64,000 nucleotides of DNA from an uncultured Desulfobacter sp. (GTDB lineage Bacteria > Desulfobacterota > Desulfobacteria > Desulfobacterales > Desulfobacteraceae): contig OY762069.1 of NCBI GenBank assembly GCA_963665095.1, positions 6,528,001 to 6,592,000 on the forward strand, read 5' to 3'. The notes below the pieces were generated by a model. That model was given only the letters and a program-made list of their open reading frames with translations. It made no database searches and was not told the origin of the DNA. Shown piece after piece: positions 48,420 through 59,187 of the stretch. The position numbers were made by a program, and so were the translations under genes. The stretch's first letter is position 1; the number at the start of each line of letters is the position of its first letter.

Positions 48420-49563
48420 AGGGCGTTTCCTTTTCGGCTGTTGCAACAGGGCTCTGCACCAACTCCCGGTAAACAGCCATGGTTTTTTCAACGGTTTTTT
48501 CGCATTTAAATTCAGCGGCAATCCTCTCCCGGGCCTTTTGGCCCATTTGCACTCTTTCGGCTGCGTTGTTCTTCAGCCGCAGCACAGCCGTGCTGATGGC
48601 TTGCGGGTCACCGGAAGGGATGATAATGCCACTTTCCTGGTCAACCACAAGTTCCGGACTGCCGCCGGCCCTTGTCACCACTGGCGGTACCCCCTGTACC
48701 ATGGCTTCAATCACTGTTTTAGGAAGGCCTTCTTTGTTTTTCACCGAGGGCAGAACATAGACGTCCACCCCGGCCATCAGGGCTGCGGCATCTTTTCTTA
48801 AGCCGGTAAAATGAACTTTTGCCCGGACAGGTTCCGGCAGGTCTTTGTATGTATCAAGAAGTTCCTGCTGCATATTGCCAACGACCAGAAAGTGGATATC
48901 CGGGTCCTGAATCAGTGATGCTGTCTTTAAAAGCTCCGGAATTCCCTTGGTGTTCCCCTTTCTCATGTTGGCAATGGTCCCTGCCACAAAGGCGTTTTCA
49001 GGGATGCCGAATTGGGTGAGATCTGCCGGCCCTGTTTCATACCATTCCAGGCGATGCCCCTTGTACACGGTGACAAACCGGTCACTGGAAAACCGTACTC
49101 CGGAAAAGCCCAGGGTCAGATAGCTTTGGCGAATGGCTTCAGCCACACAGATGACCCTGTGGATCATGGGATTGAGATAGGTTGCCCAGGAGTAGGGACT
49201 GTAAATCTTTTCCCGGCCGGCAACACCGCGATAGGCCACTCTTTTTACCGGAAGCCCGAAAGAGGCAATCAGTCCGTTGGTGACGGCCCGGTTGTTAAAC
49301 ATGTGGATGATGCCGGCCCGGGTCCGGCACAGGGTTTTTCTTATCTGTCTTATGCCGGATAAATCAGCCTTGCCCCTAAGTTTCAGTGGTGACAGCCTGA
49401 CGCCGTTTTTTTTCATAAGATTAAAATGGGGTGCGTCCTCGGGACACATGACAAGCAGGTCACACCCTTTTCGGGTAAGTCCGATAAATTGATGCGCTTC
49501 TGCAATATCAGAATAATTTGTTACCACCACTACTTTAACGGGTATTTTTTTTTCAGCCATCAT
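48412..49563 (-). CDS. GT4 glycosyltransferase
   Basis: KG, EGLPKTVIEAM, GGSPELV. Confidence 0.88.
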   Translation of the reverse strand: MMAEKKIPVKVVVVTNYSDIAEAHQFIGLTRKGCDLLVMCPEDAPHFNLMKKNGVRLSPLKLRGKADLSGIRQIRKTLCRTRAGIIHMFNNRAVTNGLIASFGLPVKRVAYRGVAGREKIYSPYSWATYLNPMIHRVICVAEAIRQSYLTLGFSGVRFSSDRFVTVYKGHRLEWYETGPADLTQFGIPENAFVAGTIANMRKGNTKGIPELLKTASLIQDPDIHFLVVGNMQQELLDTYKDLPEPVRAKVHFTGLRKDAAALMAGVDVYVLPSVKNKEGLPKTVIEAMVQGVPPVVTRAGGSPELVVDQESGIIIPSGDPQAISTAVLRLKNNAAERVQMGQKARERIAAEFKCEKTVEKTMAVYRELVQSPVATAEKETPCE

Positions 49564-50800
49564 GATCGTCATAGTTTCCAAATACAGGGGAGGAAAGTTC
49601 TGGGGACCTGTACGACGTTTCAATAAAACAAGCTGTATACAGGATGATCAGGGCCACAAGTCCGCCATACCGGAAGAGCTCCTCATGGAACATTTGCGAT
49701 GTAAAGGATCCGCAGGTAACGGATATCGCCGTCCATACAACAAGACTGTCTTCAGGTGTCATCATGGGTCGTGCTTTAAATAACCTGAAAAGGAGAAAGA
49801 AGGCAGCACCAAGAAAAAGAGCTGGGAAGATCAAACCACCCTCTACTGCCATTTGAAGAAAACTGCTGTGAAAATTATCGGGAAAATGTTCTAAAATATA
49901 ATTGTAATTTTCCTGGTACGCTTCAGGTTGCTGGGCAATGTATTCCCTGACAAATTTATCGCTGGCCTTTGCGCCGGTTCCCCGAAACCATAACCCTTTA
50001 TCAATGATGAGTTCTGGGGCAAGTGTATACAGTTTCATGCGGATATGGGTTGAATGCTGGCCTATGAGACGTTCCTGAGGACCCTGGGGCAGATTCAGTA
50101 ATAGTAGGGGGAACAGAATTGCCAGGACAATCAAAATCTTACGGCTATATGCCAGAAGGTAGACAATGAGCCCGGCCAGCAGGCCAAGCCAGGCACCTCT
50201 TTCACCTAAAAGGGCGACACTGGCCACAAGGATTATGGTATGGATGGCCAAAAGAAAATATATACCCGTGCGGTCCCTGAAAAAACTCAGCTTTCTGCCG
50301 CCAATGAGAATCCCTGTGTTAAACAGGCACAGGCAGAAAAGCATATCTGAGTTACGTCCGAATTTGTGAAGTCCGTAAAAATTGTAGAAAAGGGAATCTG
50401 ACCCGGCGGATGTGTAGTAACAATAGCCCACATCAAACAGTGCAGCGGCATTCATAAGAATAAAAAGCCGGATCAGGGTTTTACGGTCTGTGACAAAAAG
50501 AAAAAACGGTAAGGGGAGTAACAGAAATCGATACCGGCTCATAAATGCAATACTTGCCTTAGGGCCTGTAAGTGAAAAAAAACTGGCAATAAAACCGACC
50601 GCTACGGGTAAAACCAGGATCAGTACCCAGGCGTTCTGGGAAAAAAGGTTTTTTCTATAAAAAAAAACGAGATAGACCAGGGTTATTAAGCATAAAATCC
50701 CCCAGGAGATGTTGATCGGGGGCTTTGCAATATATATGGCGGCACCGAAAAAAAGAAAAATAAGGGTACCAAAGGTTTTTAGCTTCTCTTCTGAGAACAT
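49553..50800 (-). CDS. O-antigen ligase (WaaL/Wzy_C family)
   Basis: Multi-TM protein with RGAWLG and FHSSFLQMAVEGG motifs inside the LPS cluster. Confidence 0.8.
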   Translation of the reverse strand: MFSEEKLKTFGTLIFLFFGAAIYIAKPPINISWGILCLITLVYLVFFYRKNLFSQNAWVLILVLPVAVGFIASFFSLTGPKASIAFMSRYRFLLLPLPFFLFVTDRKTLIRLFILMNAAALFDVGYCYYTSAGSDSLFYNFYGLHKFGRNSDMLFCLCLFNTGILIGGRKLSFFRDRTGIYFLLAIHTIILVASVALLGERGAWLGLLAGLIVYLLAYSRKILIVLAILFPLLLLNLPQGPQERLIGQHSTHIRMKLYTLAPELIIDKGLWFRGTGAKASDKFVREYIAQQPEAYQENYNYILEHFPDNFHSSFLQMAVEGGLIFPALFLGAAFFLLFRLFKARPMMTPEDSLVVWTAISVTCGSFTSQMFHEELFRYGGLVALIILYTACFIETSYRSPELSSPVFGNYDDHDG

Positions 50801-50842
50801 TTAGAGATAGTCTCCTGTGTGTTTGAGCTTACAGCTTAAGAT

Positions 50843-51760
50843 CTATATGTCACCAACAGGTCGTGTTTTCCAACGTCGGTGCAGCCAGAACCACTGTTCC
50901 GGATATTGCCTTATAACAGCTTCGATGGCTGATGTATAAATTTGTGTGTTGTATCTGATATCAGCCTCTTCGTTTCCAGTATTCATTACTGGAAGCTCCG
51001 GGTGAATTTCAAGTACAAATTTGGTTTTTCCCCGGTGGAGAAAAATAGGAATCATCGGGGCTCCGGTACTCATGGCCAGCTTTGCCGGTCCTTTGCCTGT
51101 ACACGCTTTTTCTCCGAAAAAATCGACAAAGATCCCCCTTCGATGCCCGCTGTTCTGGTCTGCCAACAACCCGATTACATGACCCTGGGCCAGCGCCTCC
51201 TGTACTGCATCCAGGGCATCGTGCAAGGGAAAGAATGCGACCCCTGTGCTGTTTCTGTTTTCGATTATAAAACGGTTAATGGCTCTGGATTTAAGGGGAC
51301 GGTAAACAACTGTGCCCTGCATGCCGGTCATGGGCGCAAAAGCGGTCAGAAGCTCCCAGTTTCCCAGGTGTGCCAGTATGGCAATTACCCCGTTTCCTTT
51401 TTGCATGGCTTTTTTTAGGTGTTCCGTCCCTGTAAGGCTGAAATGTGACTCATAATTGATTGGCTGCCGGGTGTAATACCAGGCATATTCAAAAAACATC
51501 CGGATGGTGTTGGGAAAAACCGCTCGTGCAATTTTTTGTATTTCGCGTTTTGTTTTTTCCTGGCCGAATGCAATTCTAAGATTGCTATAGATTATCTTTC
51601 TATGTTTATTGTCCACAAGGAACCAAACGGCTCCAAAGTATTTTGAAATCAGGTCCACAATTCGGGAAGAAAGGCTGCCTGCTACCCGGGTTAATCTCTT
51701 AATGCCTCGGTAAATCAATTGATTTTTCCGATCCATGGGATCAGTGGAATACTTGCCCAT
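50843..51760 (-). CDS. Lipid A late acyltransferase (LpxL/HtrB family)
   Basis: HLGNWE, LADQ, PEQWFWLHRRWK. Confidence 0.92.
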   Translation of the reverse strand: MGKYSTDPMDRKNQLIYRGIKRLTRVAGSLSSRIVDLISKYFGAVWFLVDNKHRKIIYSNLRIAFGQEKTKREIQKIARAVFPNTIRMFFEYAWYYTRQPINYESHFSLTGTEHLKKAMQKGNGVIAILAHLGNWELLTAFAPMTGMQGTVVYRPLKSRAINRFIIENRNSTGVAFFPLHDALDAVQEALAQGHVIGLLADQNSGHRRGIFVDFFGEKACTGKGPAKLAMSTGAPMIPIFLHRGKTKFVLEIHPELPVMNTGNEEADIRYNTQIYTSAIEAVIRQYPEQWFWLHRRWKTRPVGDI

Positions 51761-51959
51761 AATATTTTTTTAATAATGTTTGAAATATAAAAAAATATGC
51801 AAATTTTTTTGTTTGCCACCTTACCGGATGCCAGGCCTGGCACTAAATTAAAGCCCGGCAACCCGTATTAAATCCGGGTCATTTATATCAGTAATGTCGG
51901 GGAAACTCAATGCATCCTGCATGATGCCCACAAGTTAAGGCACACAACGCGTTATGTTT

Positions 51960-53111
51960 TTAGGAAACGCCTAAAAATTTTCGTTCAATTTTTACCTGGT
52001 GCAGGCGGTAGATCCGGATGACATCACGGCCCATGGCATCCATGGAGTAATGCTTTTCTACGAGATGCCTTGCTGACTGGGTCCTGGCCTGTGTCTCTTC
52101 CGGCTGGTTAAGGGTACAAGAAATTGCATCCAATAAAGATTCGGGCTTGTCCGGATCTATGAGCAGGCCGGTTTTTCTGTCTTCAACCACGTCCCGGAAG
52201 CCTGGCATGTCCTGACTGATGACAGGGCACCCCCACGCCATGGCAGTTGTTATTTCAACAGGAACGCCCTGGTAAAATGTCATGTCAGTCGGGAAGAAAA
52301 TGCCGCAGTCCAGACCCGGGTAATGCTCTGTGGTGTTTTCCTCAGTCTGTGGCAGCACATGTATCCGGTTCAGGATTTCTTTTTTTTGCAGGCATGCCTT
52401 TTCCTGGTCATAAAGCTCATCAGTGATCACTATATAGTGATTGGGAAACTGTTGATCGAGGTTTTCGGCAGCATTAAAAAGGTATTCACATGTATTGGCA
52501 TCCATTTTACCAAACACGCCGATAAACCGGAGGCCCGGTGCCGGTTCAAGCCCAAGGGTCCGGGCCAGCATCCGACGGCTGTCCGATCTGTCCGGAAGCG
52601 CAGCAGGCGGGCAGATGCCGTCGGGAATAGAAAATACATGCATGTCCGACAGGGCAAAGGTCTGCTTAAGATGTCCGGCACTGTCCTTTGAGGTAGTAAA
52701 GACGTAATGGCAGTGGGTTTTGTATATTTTTTTATTGGGCCAGGTGTGCTTGATCCGTTCTCCATTATGTCTGGACATGATTCTCAATGGTACCCCGGCC
52801 GTCTGGGCCGCCTTTAAGGCAATTTTTGCATCCCTGCGGCCATGGGCATTGACCACAAAGGGCTGTTCGCTGATAAAAATTTCCTTTAACCGGCCATATT
52901 CCCCGATGCGGGCCAGGGGTTTGAAGGATATGGGGTAAACCATTAATCCGTTTTGTCTGGCCTTCTCAAATAACGGGGTGCCGGCCGGAGTAATGACAGC
53001 TATCTGGTGGCCGTTTTCTTTCATCCACAGGGATTCGGAAAGAATTCGTTTTTCCCGGTTTCCCCATGAGGCCCGGCTTGAGGTATGAATGATTTTATAA
53101 AATGTTCTCAT
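51960..53111 (-). CDS. GT4-like glycosyltransferase (degenerate catalytic motif)
   Basis: WGNRE N-terminus, AMAWGCPVI...TGLLI; the E-x7-E motif reads QGVPVEITT. Confidence 0.75.
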   Translation of the reverse strand: MRTFYKIIHTSSRASWGNREKRILSESLWMKENGHQIAVITPAGTPLFEKARQNGLMVYPISFKPLARIGEYGRLKEIFISEQPFVVNAHGRRDAKIALKAAQTAGVPLRIMSRHNGERIKHTWPNKKIYKTHCHYVFTTSKDSAGHLKQTFALSDMHVFSIPDGICPPAALPDRSDSRRMLARTLGLEPAPGLRFIGVFGKMDANTCEYLFNAAENLDQQFPNHYIVITDELYDQEKACLQKKEILNRIHVLPQTEENTTEHYPGLDCGIFFPTDMTFYQGVPVEITTAMAWGCPVISQDMPGFRDVVEDRKTGLLIDPDKPESLLDAISCTLNQPEETQARTQSARHLVEKHYSMDAMGRDVIRIYRLHQVKIERKFLGVS

Positions 53112-53123
53112 GAATAATCAGCG

Positions 53124-53852
53124 TTACTTAAGGCCTGCTTCAATCCGTTCAATGTCTTCGGGCAGATCAATGGCAGGAGAATCATACCGGGTTATTGCCA
53201 CTTTAATGGGATATCCAAATTCAAGAACCCGCAACTGTTCTAATTTTTCCACCTGCTCATAGGTGCCGCTGTCAAGGGTGGCAATTTTGTCCAGAAATGC
53301 TTTGGTATAGGCATAAAAGCCAAGATGCTTGTAGTACTCTACATCTGTCTGGCCATCCCTGGGAAAAGGGATCTGAGCCCTGGAAAAATACATGGCAAAG
53401 CCCTTACGGTTGAAGACCACCTTGACATCCTTTGGGTCGGTGATTTCCCGCAGGTTGCTGATTTTATAGGCCAGGGTGGACATAACAAGGCCCGGGTCCT
53501 CATCAAAGGGGGCAATCAGCTCTTCAATGCACCCGGGATCAAATACCGGCTGATCTCCCTGGATGTTAATAATGATCTCATTTGGGCCGGCATCAAGATT
53601 TTTTGCAATTTCAGCCACCCTGTCGGTACCGCAGCGGTAATTTCCCGGGGTGATCATGGCCTCACCGCCGCAGGCTGTCACAGCATCTGCAATACGCTGG
53701 TCATCCGTGGCCACAATGGCTCTTGTCACAACCGGTGATCTCTTTGCCTGTTCCACCACCCGCTGGATCATGGGTTTGCCGGCGATCATGGCAAGGGGTT
53801 TTCCTTTAAGCCGGCTGGAACCGAAACGGGCCGGGATCACTGCAATGGGCAT
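53124..53852 (-). CDS. kdsB: 3-deoxy-manno-octulosonate cytidylyltransferase
   Basis: IPARFGSSRLKGKPL, GTDR, NIQGD, YFSR, EKLEQLR. Confidence 0.96.
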   Translation of the reverse strand: MPIAVIPARFGSSRLKGKPLAMIAGKPMIQRVVEQAKRSPVVTRAIVATDDQRIADAVTACGGEAMITPGNYRCGTDRVAEIAKNLDAGPNEIIINIQGDQPVFDPGCIEELIAPFDEDPGLVMSTLAYKISNLREITDPKDVKVVFNRKGFAMYFSRAQIPFPRDGQTDVEYYKHLGFYAYTKAFLDKIATLDSGTYEQVEKLEQLRVLEFGYPIKVAITRYDSPAIDLPEDIERIEAGLK

Positions 53853-54113
53853 TTTTGACCTCTTTTTAAACAGGCTGTGGCCCTGTTGGGGGCTGATTTT
53901 GGTTCTTTTTGTCCATCCGTTGGCGGATAAACCGTGTAATTGACTATAAAAATTGCGAATTAATAGCAAATTCACCATGGGTTTTCAAGGAAGATCCATC
54001 ATTGACTTTCATTTTACTAACGCTTATAAACCTTTTATCTAAGGGTGCAAAAAACGCCAATTACAGCAGGGTCCCCCTTGGAATTTGAAGCTAAGGGCAG
54101 GGGATTTTTTGTC

Positions 54114-55277
54114 ATGGAAGACAGAAAAAATCAGGATGAACATAAAGGGTATGAACAAGGTCCTATCCGGCCGGCCAATGAGTCCTACAGCCTTTTGGTT
54201 CGTTTGACCCGGAACTGTCCGTGGAACCGCTGCACCTTTTGTCCGGTGCACAAGAAGGGCAAATTTTCCTTTCGATCTGTAGAGAATATCATTAAAGATA
54301 TTGATCTGATCCACACCTATATTGAGGCGGTTAAAAAGGAAAATGCCCTGCCCATTGCCATGGATCAGGAGCGGATTCACTCGTTGTACTGCAGTTTTGA
54401 TATCCGGGACCGGGTGGCATTTAATTCTGCCGTTCAATGGTATGCAACAGGCATGACATCCATCTTTCTGCAGGATGCCGACTCTTTGATCATGAATCCG
54501 GATGATCTGTTTTTTATCCTTGGACATATTCGTTCCTGTTTTCCGGAAGTCGAGGCCATAACCTCCTATGCCAGGAGCAGCACAATTCTGAAAATTCCTT
54601 TGGCAAAGCTTGAACAGATGTGCAAACTGGGGTTGAACCGGCTTCATGTGGGGATGGAAAGCGGTTCCGATCTTGTATTAAACCGCATCCGTAAAGGTAT
54701 TGACAGGGCCGGCCACATTGCTGCCGGCCAAAGGGTCAAAGCTGCCGGTATTGAGCTGTCCGAATATGTCATGCCCGGACTCGGCGGGATTGATCTCTCC
54801 ATTGAGCATGCCCTTGAAACGGCAGAGGCCCTGAACGCAGTCAATCCGGATGTGATCAAAATACGCACCCTGGTAATGGCACCGGGCACGGAGCTGGCCC
54901 GCTGGCAGGCAAAAGGGATGTATGAAAAACCCAGTGATGCTATGATCGCAACTGAGCTGCGGCTTTTGCTGGAAGGACTGGACAATATCCAGTCCCGGAT
55001 AAAAAGCGATCACATTGTTAATCTTTTTGAAAATATCTGCGGCCAGATGCCAGAGGACAAAGCCAAACTGATCGCTGTTATTGATAAATTTTTTGACCTG
55101 CCCCAAAAGGACCGGATTCTTTACCAGGTGGGACGCCGCATGGGTTTCTTTAAAGGCCCTCAGGATATGGATGCAGCGCCCCAGATGGACCAGGTCCGGC
55201 TGGCCTGTGAGAATTACGGGATCACCCCCCAAAACGTTGATCAGATCCTTGACCGGCTGATGATGCGGTTTGTCTGA
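54114..55277 (+). CDS. Radical SAM protein (uncharacterised)
   Basis: EQGPIRP, CPWNRCTFC, FLQDAD, GMESGSD. Confidence 0.9.
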   Translation: MEDRKNQDEHKGYEQGPIRPANESYSLLVRLTRNCPWNRCTFCPVHKKGKFSFRSVENIIKDIDLIHTYIEAVKKENALPIAMDQERIHSLYCSFDIRDRVAFNSAVQWYATGMTSIFLQDADSLIMNPDDLFFILGHIRSCFPEVEAITSYARSSTILKIPLAKLEQMCKLGLNRLHVGMESGSDLVLNRIRKGIDRAGHIAAGQRVKAAGIELSEYVMPGLGGIDLSIEHALETAEALNAVNPDVIKIRTLVMAPGTELARWQAKGMYEKPSDAMIATELRLLLEGLDNIQSRIKSDHIVNLFENICGQMPEDKAKLIAVIDKFFDLPQKDRILYQVGRRMGFFKGPQDMDAAPQMDQVRLACENYGITPQNVDQILDRLMMRFV

Positions 55278-56451
55278 ACATATCTACATCCACGTCCCTT
55301 TCTGTTTAAAAAAGTGCAGATACTGCGATTTTTATTCCCTGACAGATTTGACTTTGATTGCTGATTATGTTTCTGCCCTGATCCGCGAGATAGGGTTGCA
55401 CGCACAAACGCTGTCATCCGGTTCCGTGCGGGAAGTCTCAACCGTCTACTTTGGGGGCGGCACCCCTTCTTTGCTTTCTTTTCAATCTGTCGAAACTGTG
55501 CTCCAGGCCGTGGATCAATTTTACGGTCTTGGTGCAGACGCAGAAATTACCTTTGAAGCCAATCCCGGCACTCTGGACCATGGCATGCTGAAACAGCTGT
55601 GCCGTATGGGGGTTAACCGCCTGAGTTTCGGGGTTCAGTCCTTTGATCCGGGTATGCTCGCCATGCTGGGCCGCATTCACCGCCCGGAAGATGCCGTGTA
55701 TGTCGTTGAGAAGGCCAGGGCGGCCGGTTTTGAAAATATCAGCCTGGATTTGATAATTGCACTGCCCGGCCAGGATGAATCGGCTCTGTACAGCCAGCTT
55801 GACCGGGCATTGGCCCTGAATCCCACCCATCTGTCATGCTATATGCTCACCCTGGAACCGGGCACCCCCCTGCATGCCATGTATAAAACCGGTGGATTTA
55901 CTCCCATGACCGGGCCTGACCAGGTGGATCTGTTTAAAAAGACCTCCGGGTATCTGACTGCCAGGGGATGGGATCACTATGAAATTTCCAATTATGCAGA
56001 AAAGAAAAGTCTTCGCTCCCGGCACAACAGTGCTTACTGGCAGATGGTGCACTACAAAGGGTTTGGCCCGGCCGCCCACTCCTATTCAGTTTTGCCCGAT
56101 GCCCGCGGGATTGAAAAGCATATCCGGACCTGGAACCTGCCGGATGTAAAGGCGTACATCAATGCACTGCATGACAACAGGGTGCCCCCGGCAAACAAAG
56201 AGGCCCTGACCCTGGAACAGCGGCAGATGGAGTGGATCATGGTGGGGCTGAGGACCTCTGACGGCCTTGACATCTCTGCTGGCAACGCACTCTTTCAGAA
56301 CGGTTTTCTATCAGAATTTGAAGAACTGATTGAAGACCTGCAAGCAAAAAAAATGGCCCGGATAACTGAATCCGGCCGGCAATTCTCCCTGACTCTGGCA
56401 GGATGGATGCACCTGGATAGTATTGTGGAATCCTTTGTTCAAAGGATTTAA
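55270..56451 (+). CDS. hemW: Radical SAM heme chaperone HemW
   Basis: YIHVPFCLKKCRYCDF, YFGGGTPS, EANP, YEISNYA, HNSAYW. Confidence 0.92.
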   Translation: MSEHIYIHVPFCLKKCRYCDFYSLTDLTLIADYVSALIREIGLHAQTLSSGSVREVSTVYFGGGTPSLLSFQSVETVLQAVDQFYGLGADAEITFEANPGTLDHGMLKQLCRMGVNRLSFGVQSFDPGMLAMLGRIHRPEDAVYVVEKARAAGFENISLDLIIALPGQDESALYSQLDRALALNPTHLSCYMLTLEPGTPLHAMYKTGGFTPMTGPDQVDLFKKTSGYLTARGWDHYEISNYAEKKSLRSRHNSAYWQMVHYKGFGPAAHSYSVLPDARGIEKHIRTWNLPDVKAYINALHDNRVPPANKEALTLEQRQMEWIMVGLRTSDGLDISAGNALFQNGFLSEFEELIEDLQAKKMARITESGRQFSLTLAGWMHLDSIVESFVQRI

Positions 56452-56453
56452 CA

Positions 56454-58367
56454 CTATATCTTTTTTCTTAACTGCCTGTGATCTTCCACCCGTATGGTCA
56501 AATGAATCCCATCAAAATATTCAATCAGAGGAATGATAAATTTTCTGGAGATTCCGGTCATGTCCTTGAATTCCGGGGTGGTGATTTTTTCATTGGCTTT
56601 CAGAAAGGAAATGAGCTGATCCTGAAGATCATTAATGGCCGTGGCATCAAAAAACAGATCATCCTTTGTTTTGACCATCTGTTTTTCATCAATGAGCATC
56701 TGCATAACGTCTCTGGCTGTTTTCTGATCCAGGTCAAGATCCTGGCAGATAGTCCTGAAAAAGGGCGGTGTCAGACCTGATTTTTTATAAATCTCCAGAA
56801 TTTTTTCTTTGATTTCATGCTGGTCCACCTGCAGAGCCACTTTGAATCCGGCCAGTTTTACCAGATTTTTGTCCTGGACAATGAGCGCTTCTTTTTCCAT
56901 GCGGTTGAACAGGAGATTAAAAAAGCGGGGATCTTCCACATATTTAAATTTAGATTTCAGCTCCTGGGCCGGCATGCCTTCCTTGAGTGGATTCTGTTCA
57001 TGATAGGCGGTCAGTCGTTTCAGGGCCTTTCCCTTGTATTCCTCAAATGTGCCGCCATGGACATAGCTTTGTTTTTCCTTGTCCGTGAGAACTGCTTCCT
57101 GTTTGGCAAGCATTTTCTGCAAGGTGGCGGCAAGCTTTTTGTCCGGGATATTGGTCATCACCCGCAATTCATTCAGACTAAGGCCTGAAAATCCTCTGGT
57201 GGACAGAAAATAGGAAACAATCTTTTCCTCATCCTCTCCCAGCAGGTCGGAAAGACCCTCAATCATTGCCTTGTCTTTAAGTTTGTATTTCTGGGAAACC
57301 GGGTTCAGGATGGCGCCACCACCAATGGTTTTGACGGGAGAGTAGGAGCGGATGACATACCTGTCATCCTTAATACAGCACACCGGTGCTTCCAGGCGGA
57401 ACTGGACCGGGGCATTGTCTCCGGGCAGAAGCTCTTCTCGGTCCAGAAGCACCATATAGCCTAAAATTTCACTGGTGCCTGAGTGAAACCGCACCCGGGT
57501 CCGGGCTTTTGCGGGCCTGGCGTTGCTTTTCAGATAGTGGAAATCCGCGTCCACCATATAGCTTTCAATCAGGGCGCCCGGAGTGGAGAGCACATCCCCC
57601 CGAAGTACGGCTTCCCTGTCAAGGCCCTGGAAGTTGATAGCGGTACGGGTGCCGGCCTCGGCCGTCTCCACAGCACTGGAGTGGACCTGGATCCCCCTGA
57701 CCCTGGAGGTGATCTTTCTGGGAAAAACCATGATATCCTGGCCCACACTGATCTGGCCTGAGATCAGAGTGCCGGTGATCACCGTGCCAAACCCTTTCAT
57801 GGAAAATACCCGGTCCACGGGCAGGCGGAAAATGCTGGAATATTTGCGGGGCGGGATCTCTTTGCAGATTTTATCAAGGGTATCCACGAACTCGTCCAGG
57901 CCCTGGCCCGTGGCTGACGATACCGGAACAACGGGTTTATCTTCAAGAAAGGTGTCCTGGATAAAGTCGTGGATATCCTCCATGGCCAGCTCAAGCAGGT
58001 CCTCATCCACGAGATCGGTTTTGGTCAGGGCGATCATGCCGTGGCGGATGCCCATGAGATTGCAGATTTCCATGTGTTCCCGGGTCTGGGGCATCACGCC
58101 TTCATCCGCTGCAATGACCATCACCACCACATCAATCCCGGAAGAGCCTGCCACCATGTTTTTTACAAACTTTTCATGGCCCGGCATATCCACGATGCCG
58201 ATGTGCCGGCCCGAGGCCAGGTCCAGGGATGCAAAGCCCAGTTCAATGGTGATGCCGCGCTCCTTTTCCTCTTTGAGGCGGTCCGTTTCAATACCTGTCA
58301 GCGCCTTTACCAGGCTGGTCTTTCCATGATCTATATGTCCGGCTGTACCCAGAATTATATTGTCCAC
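56454..58367 (-). CDS. selB: Selenocysteine-specific elongation factor
   Basis: [29 protein letters not shown]-terminal winged helices with [13 protein letters not shown]. Confidence 0.97.
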   Translation of the reverse strand: MDNIILGTAGHIDHGKTSLVKALTGIETDRLKEEKERGITIELGFASLDLASGRHIGIVDMPGHEKFVKNMVAGSSGIDVVVMVIAADEGVMPQTREHMEICNLMGIRHGMIALTKTDLVDEDLLELAMEDIHDFIQDTFLEDKPVVPVSSATGQGLDEFVDTLDKICKEIPPRKYSSIFRLPVDRVFSMKGFGTVITGTLISGQISVGQDIMVFPRKITSRVRGIQVHSSAVETAEAGTRTAINFQGLDREAVLRGDVLSTPGALIESYMVDADFHYLKSNARPAKARTRVRFHSGTSEILGYMVLLDREELLPGDNAPVQFRLEAPVCCIKDDRYVIRSYSPVKTIGGGAILNPVSQKYKLKDKAMIEGLSDLLGEDEEKIVSYFLSTRGFSGLSLNELRVMTNIPDKKLAATLQKMLAKQEAVLTDKEKQSYVHGGTFEEYKGKALKRLTAYHEQNPLKEGMPAQELKSKFKYVEDPRFFNLLFNRMEKEALIVQDKNLVKLAGFKVALQVDQHEIKEKILEIYKKSGLTPPFFRTICQDLDLDQKTARDVMQMLIDEKQMVKTKDDLFFDATAINDLQDQLISFLKANEKITTPEFKDMTGISRKFIIPLIEYFDGIHLTIRVEDHRQLRKKI

Positions 58368-58380
58368 AACGACTGTTCCG

Positions 58381-58551
58381 TTATCCTTTGGATTTTCTGT
58401 AATAGCTCATGCCGTAAGCCAGGGCCACAAGGATGATCCCTGTTACAACACCGTGGTAGATGCCCCAGTCCGGCCTGAACAGCCGGGTCAGCATGATCCC
58501 GAAAGCAAGGCCTAAGATCAGGCGCACCGTAAAAATAATCAACGCGTTCAT
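58381..58551 (-). CDS. Small two-TM membrane protein upstream of selB
   Basis: MNALIIFTVRLILGLAFGIMLTRLF...ILVALAYGMSYYRKSKG; 13 bp upstream of selB. Confidence 0.6.
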   Translation of the reverse strand: MNALIIFTVRLILGLAFGIMLTRLFRPDWGIYHGVVTGIILVALAYGMSYYRKSKG

Positions 58552-58708
58552 ATCATCCGCCTCAAATTTGTTTATTGGTAAATACCCCAAGGATAATAGT
58601 CAAAGGGGCAGGGCAGGTCAATTGAAATCTATACCTTGAATTTAACCGGTTTGAGAAAAAACTCTTGAAAAAGAAAACCGGTTCTGATAATTAAGGTGAG
58701 TTTTTTTG

Positions 58709-58786
<78 letters not shown>

Positions 58787-58796
58787 CTTAAGAGAT

Positions 58797-58823
58797 AAAA
58801 GCAGCATAATTGCTGCTTTTTTT
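58797..58823 (+). terminator. Rho-independent terminator after tRNA-His
   Basis: AAAAGCAGCA-TAAT-TGCTGCTTTTTTT. Confidence 0.85.
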
Positions 58824-59082
58824 GTTTCCGCGATACCACCCCCATTGAAAACGCCCAACCCTGCTTTTGTATCTGGCCGCAGGAAGTGTCTGTTTTTAAT
58901 TCTTTCGCTTCTGATTGAAATCTGAAAAACCTTTAGGTATGTTGTAGCCCGATTCCAAGTAAGGCCGTTGCTCTCATCACCGGCAACCTGCGGTGAAACG
59001 GCTATAAACGAAATGCATTATCAGGGGCAAAGGGCAGGCTCATTATGGATTTCAGTCTTTGTTTTTAAATTGTCGATAATAT

Positions 59083-59187
59083 CAAACAACTGAGAATGAA
59101 CGGTTCAGAGGCGTCCGGCCGGAAGAGATATTGGCGGAAATTGTCGCAGATATCCCTGTTCCGGGAACAGATGCTGACAGGTCATGA
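59083..59187 (+). pseudogene. C-terminal remnant of a MoxR AAA+ ATPase
   Basis: ERFRGVRPEEILAEIVADIPVP* resembles MoxR C-termini; ATGA overlap with the DUF58 gene. Confidence 0.6.

Noticed and set aside
58968..58997. SAM-I riboswitch-like words (CTCTCATC, CCGGCAACC, GGTG)
   Set aside because: P2/kink-turn and P4 elements are absent; likely coincidence.
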